Sequence record: NZ_CP044080.1
DNA length: 64,000 bases
Source: a plasmid
Strand: one strand, 5' to 3'
Position numbers and translations under genes: made by a program. Shown one piece after another: positions 36,899 through 46,540 of the stretch (position 1 is the stretch's first letter; the number at the start of each line of letters is the position of its first letter). The notes beneath the pieces were generated by a model. The model did not search any database and was not told the DNA's origin. It was given only the letters and a program-made list of their open reading frames with translations.

Positions 36899-37582
36899 AT
36901 GCAGACCATCGACCTGTCATCGACGACCCTGCGCGACCTGAACAGCGCCTTGCAGGCGCAGGCCGCGCAGACCAACCAGACCGAATGGGTGGTCGAGAAC
37001 CCCAAGGGCGCCCATGCCATCGCGGTCGGCCTCGATGCGCCCATCGAGGTCACCGTCAAGGGTTCGACCGGCTATTACTGCGCCGGCATGAACAAGCAGG
37101 CCACCGTCCGGGTCACCGGCTCGGCCGGGCCGGGGGTGGCGGAAAACATGATGTCGGGCACCGTCATCATCGACGGCGACGCCAGCCAGTACGCGGGCGC
37201 CACCGGCCACGGCGGGCTTCTGGTCATCAAGGGCAACGCCAGTTCGCGCTGCGGCATTTCGATGAAGGGCATCGACATCGTGGTGTTCGGCAACATCGGC
37301 CACATGTCGGCCTTCATGGCGCAATCGGGCAATCTGGTCGTGCTGGGCGATGCCGGCGACGCGCTGGGGGACAGCCTTTACGAGGCGCGACTGTTCGTGC
37401 GCGGTTCGGTGAAATCGCTCGGCTCGGACTGCATCGAGAAAGAGATGCGCCCCGAACATATCGAGATCCTCAGGGACCTGCTGCAGCGCTCGGGCGCCGA
37501 TGCCGACCCTTCGGAATTCAAGCGATACGGCTCGGCCCGGACGCTTTACAACTTCCACGTCGATCACGCCGGTGCCTATTGA
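36899..37582 (+). CDS. mgsB: N-methylglutamate synthase subunit B (GXGXG / GltB C-terminal-domain-like).
   Basis: Repeated GxGxG beta-helix motifs (VTGSAGPGVAENMMSGTVIIDGDASQYAGATGHGGLLVIKGNAS). Confidence 0.85.
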   Translation: MQTIDLSSTTLRDLNSALQAQAAQTNQTEWVVENPKGAHAIAVGLDAPIEVTVKGSTGYYCAGMNKQATVRVTGSAGPGVAENMMSGTVIIDGDASQYAGATGHGGLLVIKGNASSRCGISMKGIDIVVFGNIGHMSAFMAQSGNLVVLGDAGDALGDSLYEARLFVRGSVKSLGSDCIEKEMRPEHIEILRDLLQRSGADADPSEFKRYGSARTLYNFHVDHAGAY

Positions 37583-38919
37583 TGAGGGACATCATGGACA
37601 AGACCCCGCAAACCAAGCCGCGCGACAGCTGGACCTTTTCGCCGTCCGTGAACGCCGAAATCCGCCGCGCTGCCGAAACCGGCATCTACGACATCCGGGG
37701 CGGCGGGGCCAAGCGGCGGGTGCCGCATTTCGACGACCTGCTGTTTCTGGGCGCCTCGATCAGCCGCTATCCGCTGGAAGGCTACCGCGAGAAATGCGAC
37801 ACCTCGGTCGTGCTGGGCACGCGCTTTGCGAAAAAACCGATCGAACTGAAGATCCCGATCACCATCGCCGGCATGAGCTTCGGCGCGCTGTCCGGCCCCG
37901 CGAAAGAGGCGCTGGGGCGCGGCGCCACCCTGGCCGGCACCTCGACCACCACCGGCGACGGCGGCATGACCAACGAGGAACGCGGGCATAGCGAAAAGCT
38001 GGTCTATCAGTACCTGCCCTCGCGCTACGGCATGAACCCCGACGACCTGCGCCGCGCCGATGCCATCGAGATCGTCGTGGGCCAGGGCGCGAAGCCCGGC
38101 GGCGGCGGCATGCTCCTGGGCCAGAAGATCACCCAGCGGGTGGCGAACATGCGCAACCTGCCGGTGGGCATCGACCAGCGGTCGGCCTGCCGCCACCCGG
38201 ACTGGACCGGACCGGATGATCTGGAAATCAAGATCCTGGAACTGCGCGAGATCACCAACTGGGAAAAGCCGATCTATATCAAGGTGGGCGGCGCCCGGCC
38301 CTATTACGACACCGCCCTGGCGGTGAAGGCCGGGGCCGATGTGGTGGTGCTGGACGGCATGCAGGGCGGCACCGCCGCGACCCAGGACGTGTTCATCGAA
38401 AACGTCGGCCAGCCGACGCTGGCCTGCATCCGCCCCGCGGTGAAGGCGCTGCAGGACCTGGGCATGCACCGCAAGGTGCAGCTGGTCGTCTCGGGGGGCA
38501 TCCGCTCGGGCGCGGACGTGGCCAAGGCGTTGGCACTTGGCGCGGATGCGGTGGCCATCGGCACCGCCGCGCTGATCGCGCTGGGGGAAAACGACCCCAA
38601 GTGGGGCGACGAATATGCCGCGCTTGGCACCACCGCCGATGCCTATGACGACTGGCACGAAGGCCGCGACCCCGCCGGCATCACCACCCAGGACCCCGAG
38701 CTGATGGCCCGCTTCGACCCGGTCGAGGGCGCGCGCCGGCTGCGCAATTACCTTGCGGTCATGACCCTGGAATGTCAGACAATCGCGCGCGCCTGCGGCA
38801 AGAGCCATGTCCACAACCTCGAGCCCGAGGACCTTTGCGCCCTGACCATCGAGGCGGCCGCCATGGCGGGCGTGCCGCTGGCCGGCACCAGCTGGATCCC
38901 CGGTCAGGGCGGCTTCTGA
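37582..38919 (+). CDS. mgsC: N-methylglutamate synthase subunit C (FMN-dependent glutamate-synthase domain).
   Basis: GltB FMN/Fe-S domain motifs (..VVGQGAKPGGGGML.., ..VVLDGMQGGTAA..). Start overlaps the mgsB stop (TGATGA). Confidence 0.85.
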   Translation: MRDIMDKTPQTKPRDSWTFSPSVNAEIRRAAETGIYDIRGGGAKRRVPHFDDLLFLGASISRYPLEGYREKCDTSVVLGTRFAKKPIELKIPITIAGMSFGALSGPAKEALGRGATLAGTSTTTGDGGMTNEERGHSEKLVYQYLPSRYGMNPDDLRRADAIEIVVGQGAKPGGGGMLLGQKITQRVANMRNLPVGIDQRSACRHPDWTGPDDLEIKILELREITNWEKPIYIKVGGARPYYDTALAVKAGADVVVLDGMQGGTAATQDVFIENVGQPTLACIRPAVKALQDLGMHRKVQLVVSGGIRSGADVAKALALGADAVAIGTAALIALGENDPKWGDEYAALGTTADAYDDWHEGRDPAGITTQDPELMARFDPVEGARRLRNYLAVMTLECQTIARACGKSHVHNLEPEDLCALTIEAAAMAGVPLAGTSWIPGQGGF

Positions 38920-38987
38920 TCTTGACCAGAAGGGCGGGGCACAGACCCCGCCCCGGTTTAATCCTCACCCAACAGGGACCTGATCCT

Positions 38988-40292
38988 ATGACAGATCTTG
39001 TCGAGTTCGCCCGCGAAAAGGGCGTCAAATACTTCATGATTTCCTATACGGACCTGTTCGGCGCACAGCGCGCCAAGCTGGCGCCGGCCCAGGCAATCGC
39101 CGACATGCAGGAAAACGGCGCGGGCTTTGCTGGCTTTGCGACCTGGCTGGACCTGACGCCCGCCCATCCCGACATGCTGGGCATGCCGGATGCGAACTCG
39201 GTCATCCAGCTGCCATGGAAAAAGGAAGTCGCCTGGGTCGCGTCGAACTGCGTCATGTCGGGAAACGGCCCGCTGGAACAGGCGCCCCGCAATGTGCTGG
39301 GCAAGCTGGTCGCCGAGGCCGCCGGCATGGGGCTTGAGGTCAAGACCGGGGTCGAGCCCGAATTCTTTCTGCTGACGCCGGACGGCAAGGCGATCTCGGA
39401 CAGCGCCGACACCGCCGTGAAGCCCTGCTATGACCAGCAGGCGATCCTGCGCCGCTATGACGTGATCGCGGAAATCAGCGACTACATGCTGGACCTGGGT
39501 TGGGAACCCTATCAAAGCGACCACGAGGACGCGAACGGCCAGTTCGAGATGAACTGGAAATACGACAATGCCATGGCCACGGCCGACAAGCATTCGTTCT
39601 TCAAGTTCATGACCCGCGCCGTTGCCGAAAAGCACGGCCTGCGCGCGACCTTCATGCCCAAGCCGATCATGGGCATGACGGGAAACGGCTGCCATGCCCA
39701 TATCTCGGTCTGGACCAGGGACGGCCGGAACGCCTTTTCCGACGACAGCAAGGACCTGAGCCTGTCCGATGAAGGCCGGCATTTCCTGGGCGGCATCATG
39801 AAGCACGCCTCGGCCCTGGCGCTGCCCTGCTGTCCCACCGTGAACAGCTACAAGCGCATCAACGCGCCGCGCACCTCCTCGGGGGCGACCTGGGCGCCGA
39901 ACTCGGTCACCTGGACCGGCAACAACCGGACCCATATGGTGCGTGTTCCGGGCCCGGGCCGGTTCGAGCTGCGCCTGCCGGACGGCGCCGTGAACCCCTA
40001 TCTTCTGCAGGCCGTCATCATCGCGGCGGGTCTGTCCGGGCTGAAGTCCAAGGCCGACCCGGGCCGGCGCTGGGACATCGACATGTATGCCGATGGCCAC
40101 ACCGTCACCGACGCGCCGAAACTGCCGCTGAACCTGCTGGATGCCATCCGCGCCTTCGACGAGGACACCGAACTGAAAGGCGCGCTTGGGGACGCCTTCT
40201 CGGCGGCGTTCATCAAGATGAAGACGCAGGAATGGAACGCCTATACCGCGCACCTGACCCAATGGGAGCGGGATACCACGCTGGACATCTGA
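38988..40292 (+). CDS. gmaS: Gamma-glutamylmethylamide synthetase (glutamine synthetase type III-like).
   Basis: GS catalytic domain. Position directly after mgsABC. Confidence 0.8.
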   Translation: MTDLVEFAREKGVKYFMISYTDLFGAQRAKLAPAQAIADMQENGAGFAGFATWLDLTPAHPDMLGMPDANSVIQLPWKKEVAWVASNCVMSGNGPLEQAPRNVLGKLVAEAAGMGLEVKTGVEPEFFLLTPDGKAISDSADTAVKPCYDQQAILRRYDVIAEISDYMLDLGWEPYQSDHEDANGQFEMNWKYDNAMATADKHSFFKFMTRAVAEKHGLRATFMPKPIMGMTGNGCHAHISVWTRDGRNAFSDDSKDLSLSDEGRHFLGGIMKHASALALPCCPTVNSYKRINAPRTSSGATWAPNSVTWTGNNRTHMVRVPGPGRFELRLPDGAVNPYLLQAVIIAAGLSGLKSKADPGRRWDIDMYADGHTVTDAPKLPLNLLDAIRAFDEDTELKGALGDAFSAAFIKMKTQEWNAYTAHLTQWERDTTLDI

Positions 40293-40387
40293 ACCAGACG
40301 GGAACTGGATCAACTGGTTCCCTGTCGGGCTGGAAAACCCCTGCCCGACGCGCTAGACAGGGCTGATCGTTTTATGGGTCCTTTGCC

Positions 40388-41098
40388 TTGTCGCCGTTGC
40401 CACAGCCGCCGCAATCCCTTGTTCCCGGACGGGCGGGACCGTCCGTGCAAATGGTGGTCGATGTCCTCTGCGCGCGCCTGGCCTCGGGGGTCTATCCGCA
40501 AGGCAGCCGCCTGCCGTCCGAACGCCAGTTGGCCGCCAGCATGCAGGTGGCCCGCAACACCTTGCGCGAGGCGCTGGACATCCTTGAGCAGAAGGGCCTG
40601 ATCCTGCGCCGGGCCGGCGCCGGATCCTTCGTCGTGGATCCCGACCGATCGGACAACGCGCTGCCTGTGGTGGCCAGCAGCGGGCCGCTGCATCTGCATG
40701 TGATGCGCGGCATCCTTGAACCCGAAATCGCCCGCCTGGCCATCCTCAACATGTCGCTGGCCCGGATCGAGGCGCTGACCCGGATCACCGAGGACCTGGG
40801 CCGCACCACCGATCCGGCGCAATTCGCCCGGCTCGAGGAGGATTTCCAGCAAAAGCTGGCCGAGGGCACCGGCAACCCGCTGCTGGTGGCCTGCTACGAC
40901 CTGGTGCTCAAGGCGCGCCGTCAGCGCCATCGCAGCGCGATGCTGCGCCGGCTGCTGACGCCGGACCGGATGGACGAGTTGCGCCGCATCCATGTCGATC
41001 TGTTGGGCGCCCTGGCGTCCGGGGACATCGCCGCCGCGACCGACCTGGTCCAGCAGATGCTGATCGACGAACAACGCCTTCTCATGCAAGAGGGCTGA
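40388..41098 (+). CDS. GntR-family transcriptional regulator (FadR/FCD subfamily). Start uncertain (40388 or 40451).
   Basis: GntR HTH (LPSERQLAASMQVARNTLREALDILEQKGLILRRAGAGSFVV) plus an FCD ligand domain. Confidence 0.8.
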   Translation: MSPLPQPPQSLVPGRAGPSVQMVVDVLCARLASGVYPQGSRLPSERQLAASMQVARNTLREALDILEQKGLILRRAGAGSFVVDPDRSDNALPVVASSGPLHLHVMRGILEPEIARLAILNMSLARIEALTRITEDLGRTTDPAQFARLEEDFQQKLAEGTGNPLLVACYDLVLKARRQRHRSAMLRRLLTPDRMDELRRIHVDLLGALASGDIAAATDLVQQMLIDEQRLLMQEG

Positions 41099-42368
41099 CC
41101 GCCCCGGCCGGCCCCATCCCGGCCCGCTGCTGCCACAAAAGGCCAAGCGCCTGCATCTCGCACAGCAGCAGGGGTTCGTGCCGGTCCAGCCAGCCCAGGA
41201 CCGAGCGAAAGCCCGCGATGCGCGCGACGCCCTGGGTCACGCGCACGACGGGCCAACTGCCGATCAGGGCATTGTCGATGCCGAACAGCGCCTCGCCGTA
41301 CCAGCGCGCGGGTCCGAACACCTGCATCATCTGGCCGCCGCGTTTCATCGAATCCAGGGCCTTGGCCGGATCGGTGCTGCCGGCGATTTCGACCGCCTGC
41401 TGCCACAGGTCCAGCGCCGCCGCATATTCCTAGCTGACCGCCGACCAATGGCCGGGATAGCGCTGCTGGTATGCCGCGTGAAAGGCTGCGGGCTGGCGAA
41501 AGAAGAAGGCGGTCTCTGCCAGGGCAGGATCGTCGAAGTCGGGAAAGTGAAAGATGAAATTCTCCATGAACGCGGCCGAGGTCCGCGCCACCATGCGCCG
41601 ATAGTTGTCGCCGGTGCAGGACAGGATCGGACCGGCAAAGCCCGCCTGGAAGGCGGCCTCGGTCAGGGCATGGACCATATGCGGCTCGGACGAGCACCAG
41701 CACAGCACCTGCGGGTCGTCCTGCAGCATCGCCGCCACCATGCCCACGGCATCGGCGGTCTGGGGCGGATAGCGCAGTTCGCGGACGATCTGCATCCCCT
41801 CGGCCGCGAAGGCGGCGCGATAGGTGGCCAGCGACGGCAGGCCCATCATGTCCTGCTGGCTGCACAGGGCCACGCGCTTCAGCTCGGGCCGGGTGCTTGC
41901 CAGCCATTCGACCCCCGTCACCACGAAGATCGGATGCACTTCGGCCGGGGCGATCAGCGTGGGCGTCTCGGGGCTCAGGTCAAAGGGCAGCAGCGTCGTG
42001 GTCAGGACGCGCCGCGACATCAGCCAGGGCAGCGCGGGCGCAAGCGAATCGCCCCCCAGCGTCAGGATGATGCGGACGCCGGCCCGCTCGACCAGCTCTG
42101 TCGCGGCGATGCGGGTTTCCTGATCGCTGATGGCCGCGTCGCGCGCCAGGACCTCGACCCTGCGTCGTTGCTGCCCGATCGCCAGGCCGCCCTGTTCGTT
42201 CACCCAGTTGGCCCAGATCAGGCAGCCCTCCAGCCCGGGCGTGCCCCAGGGCGAGGATGGGCCGCTGAGCGGCGCCAGAAATCCGATTCGAATGGGCGAG
42301 CCCGCCCGGTGTAGGTTCCGCGGCAGGCTGCCGGTGACCGCCAGCCGCTGCGCCAAGGATGAATGCAC
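41082..42368 (-). pseudogene. AmiC-like cytoplasmic periplasmic-binding-protein-fold (Peripla_BP_6) ligand sensor, interrupted by a single in-frame TAG at 41430-41432.
   Basis: Continuous same-frame PBP sequence across the stop (..AYQQRYPGHWSAVS*EYAAALDLWQQAVEIAGSTDPAKALDSMKRGGQMMQVFGPARW..VVRVTQG). No signal peptide. Divergent from tmm. Confidence 0.6.
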
Positions 42369-42445
42369 GCGATCCCCCGATTGCCCGAATAACGGCAACG
42401 TTTCGCCAAATTTCGCAGCATAGTTCTTCTTTGCAATTAAAAATG

Positions 42446-42518
42446 TTGACCGAAAGGGAATCTGAGCCTCTAATTGGTTCAATCCAAAAGAACAGAACCG
42501 CAAAATTGGTTCGAACCA
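42446..42518 (+). promoter_or_regulatory. tmm promoter (TTGACC-17-TCTAAT) with two GntR-type operator palindromes, TGGTTCAATCCA and TGGTTCGAACCA.
   Basis: -35 hexamer at 42446-42451 and -10 hexamer at 42469-42474. Operators at 42475-42486 (one mismatch) and 42507-42518 (perfect 12-bp palindrome of the T.GT-N4-AC.A type). AT-rich region. Confidence 0.5.
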
Positions 42519-42531
42519 CAGGGAAATCGAC

Positions 42532-43875
42532 ATGACAAAGCGAGTCGCCATCATCGGCGCTGGCCCTTCGGGGCTTGCCCAGCTGCGTGCCTTTCAATCC
42601 GCTTTCCGCAAAGGGGCCGAGATCCCCGAGCTCGTCTGTTTCGAAAAGCAGTCGAACTGGGGCGGGCTGTGGAACTACACTTGGCGCACCGGGACCGACG
42701 AACATGGCGAACCCGTGCACGGCTCGATGTATCGCTATCTGTGGACCAACGGACCCAAGGAGGGGCTGGAGTTCGCCGATTATTCCTTCGAGGAGCATTT
42801 CGGCAAGCAGATCGCCTCGTATCCGCCCCGGGCCGTGATGTTCGACTATATCGAGGGCCGGGTCAAAAAGGCCGGGGTGCGCGACTGGATCCGCTTCAAT
42901 TCGGTGGTGCGCTGGGTCGAATACGACGACCAGGCCGAGGACTTTACCGTCACCGTCCACGACATGGAACGCGACCATGTCTATAAGGAGCGCTTCGATC
43001 ACGTGATCGTCGCCTCGGGCCATTTCTCCAGCCCCAATGTCCCCGAATATCCCGGCTTCACGCATTTCTATGGCCGCATCACCCATGCCCATGACTTTCG
43101 CGACGCGCGAGAGTTCAGCGGACAGGACGTGCTGATCGTCGGCGCCAGCTACTCGGCCGAGGACATCGGCTCGCAATGCTGGAAATACGGCGCGAAATCG
43201 GTCACGTCCTGCTATCGCACCGCACCCATGGGCTTCAACTGGCCCGACAACTGGGACGAAAAGCCGGCACTGGTCCGGGTCGAAGGCAAGACCGCCCATT
43301 TCAGCGACGGCACCAGCAAGACGGTCGATGCGATCATCCTGTGCACGGGCTATCGGCATTATTTCCCGTTCCTGCCGGACGATCTGCGGCTGAAGACGGC
43401 GAACCGGCTGGCGACGGCCGATCTCTACAAGGGGGTGGTCTATGTCCACAATCCCAGGATGTTCTACCTGGGCATGCAGGACCAGTGGTTCACCTTCAAC
43501 ATGTTCGACGCCCAGGCCTGGTATGTGCGCGACATCATCCTGGGCCGCATCGCGGTACCTGCCGACAAGCAGGCGATGCTGGCCGACGTGGCCGAGCGCG
43601 AGGCGCGCGAGGAAGCCGACGACGACGTGAAATATGCGATCAAGTACCAGGGCGATTACGTCAAGGAACTGATCGCGGAAACCGACTATCCCAGCTTCGA
43701 CGTCGATGGCGCCTGCGCGGCCTTCTATGAATGGAAGCATCACAAGGCCGAGGACATCATGGCCTTCCGCAACCACTGCTATCGCTCGGTCATCACCGGG
43801 ACCATGGCGCCGGTGCACCACACGCCCTGGAAGGACGCGCTGGACGACAGCATGGAAGCCTATCTGCGAAACTGA
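42532..43875 (+). CDS. tmm: Trimethylamine monooxygenase (flavin-containing monooxygenase).
   Basis: FMO motifs: GAGPSG FAD site, FxGxxxHxxxY, [15 protein letters not shown] site, about 447 aa. Followed by tdm. Confidence 0.85.
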   Translation: MTKRVAIIGAGPSGLAQLRAFQSAFRKGAEIPELVCFEKQSNWGGLWNYTWRTGTDEHGEPVHGSMYRYLWTNGPKEGLEFADYSFEEHFGKQIASYPPRAVMFDYIEGRVKKAGVRDWIRFNSVVRWVEYDDQAEDFTVTVHDMERDHVYKERFDHVIVASGHFSSPNVPEYPGFTHFYGRITHAHDFRDAREFSGQDVLIVGASYSAEDIGSQCWKYGAKSVTSCYRTAPMGFNWPDNWDEKPALVRVEGKTAHFSDGTSKTVDAIILCTGYRHYFPFLPDDLRLKTANRLATADLYKGVVYVHNPRMFYLGMQDQWFTFNMFDAQAWYVRDIILGRIAVPADKQAMLADVAEREAREEADDDVKYAIKYQGDYVKELIAETDYPSFDVDGACAAFYEWKHHKAEDIMAFRNHCYRSVITGTMAPVHHTPWKDALDDSMEAYLRN

Positions 43876-43906
43876 CCCCGTCCTTTCCCCGGCAATGGAG
43901 GCTCGG

Positions 43907-46270
43907 ATGAGCGCCATCACCTATCCCGGCATGCTGCGCCCCGGCCCGCCCCGGCCCAGCGGGTTGCGCGTCGCCTCGCCCGTCGGCCGCCCGCCGGCGC
44001 AGGAACGCCACAGCGTGGCGGGCGGGGGCGCGCTGCTGCTGCCGCTGGCGCAGGGCGACCGCGTCAGCGTCATCAACGCCGAGGGCGGCCAGCGCGCCGA
44101 ACTGGTCGCGGTGGACATGCAGGGCCGGCCCGGCCTGCTGGGCCCGGCCTCGGACGAGCCGCACGGGCTGCGCCGGGCGCTGAGCTCGGGCGAGGAGAGC
44201 CTGACCCGGCTGGCGCGCGGCATCGCGGCGCGCGGCATCGACCTGTCGAAAAACCACGCCATCACGCTGTTCGGCGCCGCAAGCCCGGCCGGCGACCGCG
44301 CCGAATTCACCGCCGAAGGCGCCGGCTGGCTGATCGCCTGCGCGCCCGGCGACCCGATGGACCCGGAAAGCGGCGACACCGCCAGTCCGCTGACCCTGCT
44401 GATCGACCGCGCCAGCCCGCGCGCCAAGCAGGAGTTCGCGCTGCCCGACCCGCTGGCCGATCCGATCCTGGACATCCGGGTGAAATCCGCCACGGCCGAG
44501 GCCTATCTGGTCCGCGCCGGCGAATACATCCAGATCCAGGATGTGGACGGCCGGCAATGCACGGATTTCCAGTGTTTCGACGCCCGCAAGCTGGATCGCG
44601 GCATCCAGAACCCGCTGGACGTGACCACGACGCGCACCATCCTGGGCCACAGCTATGCCATGCCCGGGCTGCACGCGAAATATTTCGACCAAGACATGGA
44701 TGCGCTGGTCGAGGTGGTGCAGGACACCTGCGGCCGGCACGACGCCTTTGCCATGGCCTGCGCCGCGAAATATTACGACGACATCGGCTATCCCGGCCAT
44801 GCCAACTGCTCGGACAATTTCAACGGCGCGCTGGCGGAATACGGCGTCGATCCGCGCAAGGGCTGGATGGCGGCGAATTTCTTCTTCAACACCTGGATCG
44901 ACGCCCATGGTGTGCTGATGACCGACGAGCCCTGGTCGCGGCCCGGCGACTATGTGCTGCTGCGGGCGCTGACCGACGTGGTCTGCGTGTCCTCGGCCTG
45001 CCCCGACGACACCACCCCCGCCAACGGCTGGCACCTGTCGGACATCCATGTCCGCAGCTATGCCGCCAGCGAACGCTTCCAGCGCGCCACCGCCTGGCGG
45101 CCCATGCCCGAGTCCGAGCCGATCATGACCCGACAGACCGCCTTCCACGACCAGTTCGCCGAATTGACCCGCGATTTCATCGAATACAAGGGCTTCTGGC
45201 TGCCGAACACCTTCCCGAACTCCTCGCCCGAGGAGGAGTATCGCACCTGCCGCAGCGGCGTCGCCATGATGGACCTGTCGGCGTTGCGCAAGTTCGAGGT
45301 CACCGGCCCGGACAGCGAGGCCCTGATGCAATGGGTGCTGACCCGCGACGTCAAGAAGCTGGGCGTGGGCCAGGTGGTCTATTCCGCGATGTGCTATCCG
45401 CATGGCGGCATGGTCGACGACGGCACGCTGTTTCGCATGGGGCCGGACCGCTTCCGCTGGATCGGCGGCACCGATTACGGCGGCGAATGGATGCGCGAAC
45501 AGGCTCAGGCGCTGGGGCTGAACGTGATGATCCGCGCCTCGACCGACCAGCTGCACAACCTGGCCGTCCAGGGGCCGAAAAGCCGCGAGGTGATGAACGC
45601 TGCGATCTGGACCGCGCCGCACCAGACCGCGATCCCGGAACTGGGCTGGTTCCGCTGGACCGTGGGCCGGGTGAACGGCCCGAACGGCGCCCCGGTGGTG
45701 GTCTCGCGCACCGGCTACACCGGCGAATTGGGCTATGAGATCTTCTGCCACCCCAAGGACGGGGCCGAGGTCTTTGCTGCCGTGACCGAGGCCGGCGCGC
45801 CCCATGGCATCAAGCCCATGGGCCTGGCCGCGCTGGACCTTTTGCGCATCGAGGCCGGGCTGATCTTTGCCGATTACGAATTCACCGACCAGACAGACCC
45901 GTTCGAGGCAGGCATCGGCTTCACCGTGCCCTTGAAGACCAAGCCCGACGACTTCATCGGCCGGGAGGCGCTGATCCGGCGCAAGGAGAACCCGCGCTGG
46001 AAGCTGGTGGGCCTTGAGATCGACAGCCGCATCCCGGCCCATCACGGCGACTGCCTGCATATCGGCCGGGCGCAGGTGGGCGAAATCACCTCGGCCATGT
46101 GGTCGCCGCTGTTGGACCGCCAGATCGCGCTGGCCCGCGTGGACGTGACCCATGCGGCCGAGGGCACCGAAATCGAGGTCGGCAAGCTCGACGGGCAGCA
46201 AAAGCGCCTGCCCGCGCGCATCACCGCCTTTCCGCATTACGACCCGAAGAAAGAACGACCGCGGTCCTGA
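43907..46270 (+). CDS. tdm: Trimethylamine-N-oxide demethylase (DUF1989 N-domain plus a GcvT-like THF-binding C-domain).
   Basis: 787 aa. C-terminal aminomethyltransferase-like region (..TGYTGELGYEIF..). Conserved tmm-tdm synteny. GGAGG RBS. Confidence 0.8.
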   Translation: MSAITYPGMLRPGPPRPSGLRVASPVGRPPAQERHSVAGGGALLLPLAQGDRVSVINAEGGQRAELVAVDMQGRPGLLGPASDEPHGLRRALSSGEESLTRLARGIAARGIDLSKNHAITLFGAASPAGDRAEFTAEGAGWLIACAPGDPMDPESGDTASPLTLLIDRASPRAKQEFALPDPLADPILDIRVKSATAEAYLVRAGEYIQIQDVDGRQCTDFQCFDARKLDRGIQNPLDVTTTRTILGHSYAMPGLHAKYFDQDMDALVEVVQDTCGRHDAFAMACAAKYYDDIGYPGHANCSDNFNGALAEYGVDPRKGWMAANFFFNTWIDAHGVLMTDEPWSRPGDYVLLRALTDVVCVSSACPDDTTPANGWHLSDIHVRSYAASERFQRATAWRPMPESEPIMTRQTAFHDQFAELTRDFIEYKGFWLPNTFPNSSPEEEYRTCRSGVAMMDLSALRKFEVTGPDSEALMQWVLTRDVKKLGVGQVVYSAMCYPHGGMVDDGTLFRMGPDRFRWIGGTDYGGEWMREQAQALGLNVMIRASTDQLHNLAVQGPKSREVMNAAIWTAPHQTAIPELGWFRWTVGRVNGPNGAPVVVSRTGYTGELGYEIFCHPKDGAEVFAAVTEAGAPHGIKPMGLAALDLLRIEAGLIFADYEFTDQTDPFEAGIGFTVPLKTKPDDFIGREALIRRKENPRWKLVGLEIDSRIPAHHGDCLHIGRAQVGEITSAMWSPLLDRQIALARVDVTHAAEGTEIEVGKLDGQQKRLPARITAFPHYDPKKERPRS

Positions 46271-46540
46271 AACCGCGGCGCTGACGACAGAGAGGTTCGA
46301 CATGATTGCAGCCCGGCGTCCCAAGACGCTGGCCGGTCCCTTGCAGCCCGATGGCTGCCGGGCGCCGGACGGAACCCCCGCCGCATCGCGGAGGGGCGCG
46401 CCTGTCGCTGCCTGTGACGGACAAAGCAAGGGACTGCCGCCGGGACATAGGGGATGCCCCGGCGCCGCAACATGCCGAGCCAGCCTGAAAGCGACCCGCG
46501 ACAGGGTCCGGGGCGGCTTGTCCAACAGGGAAATGCGCAA

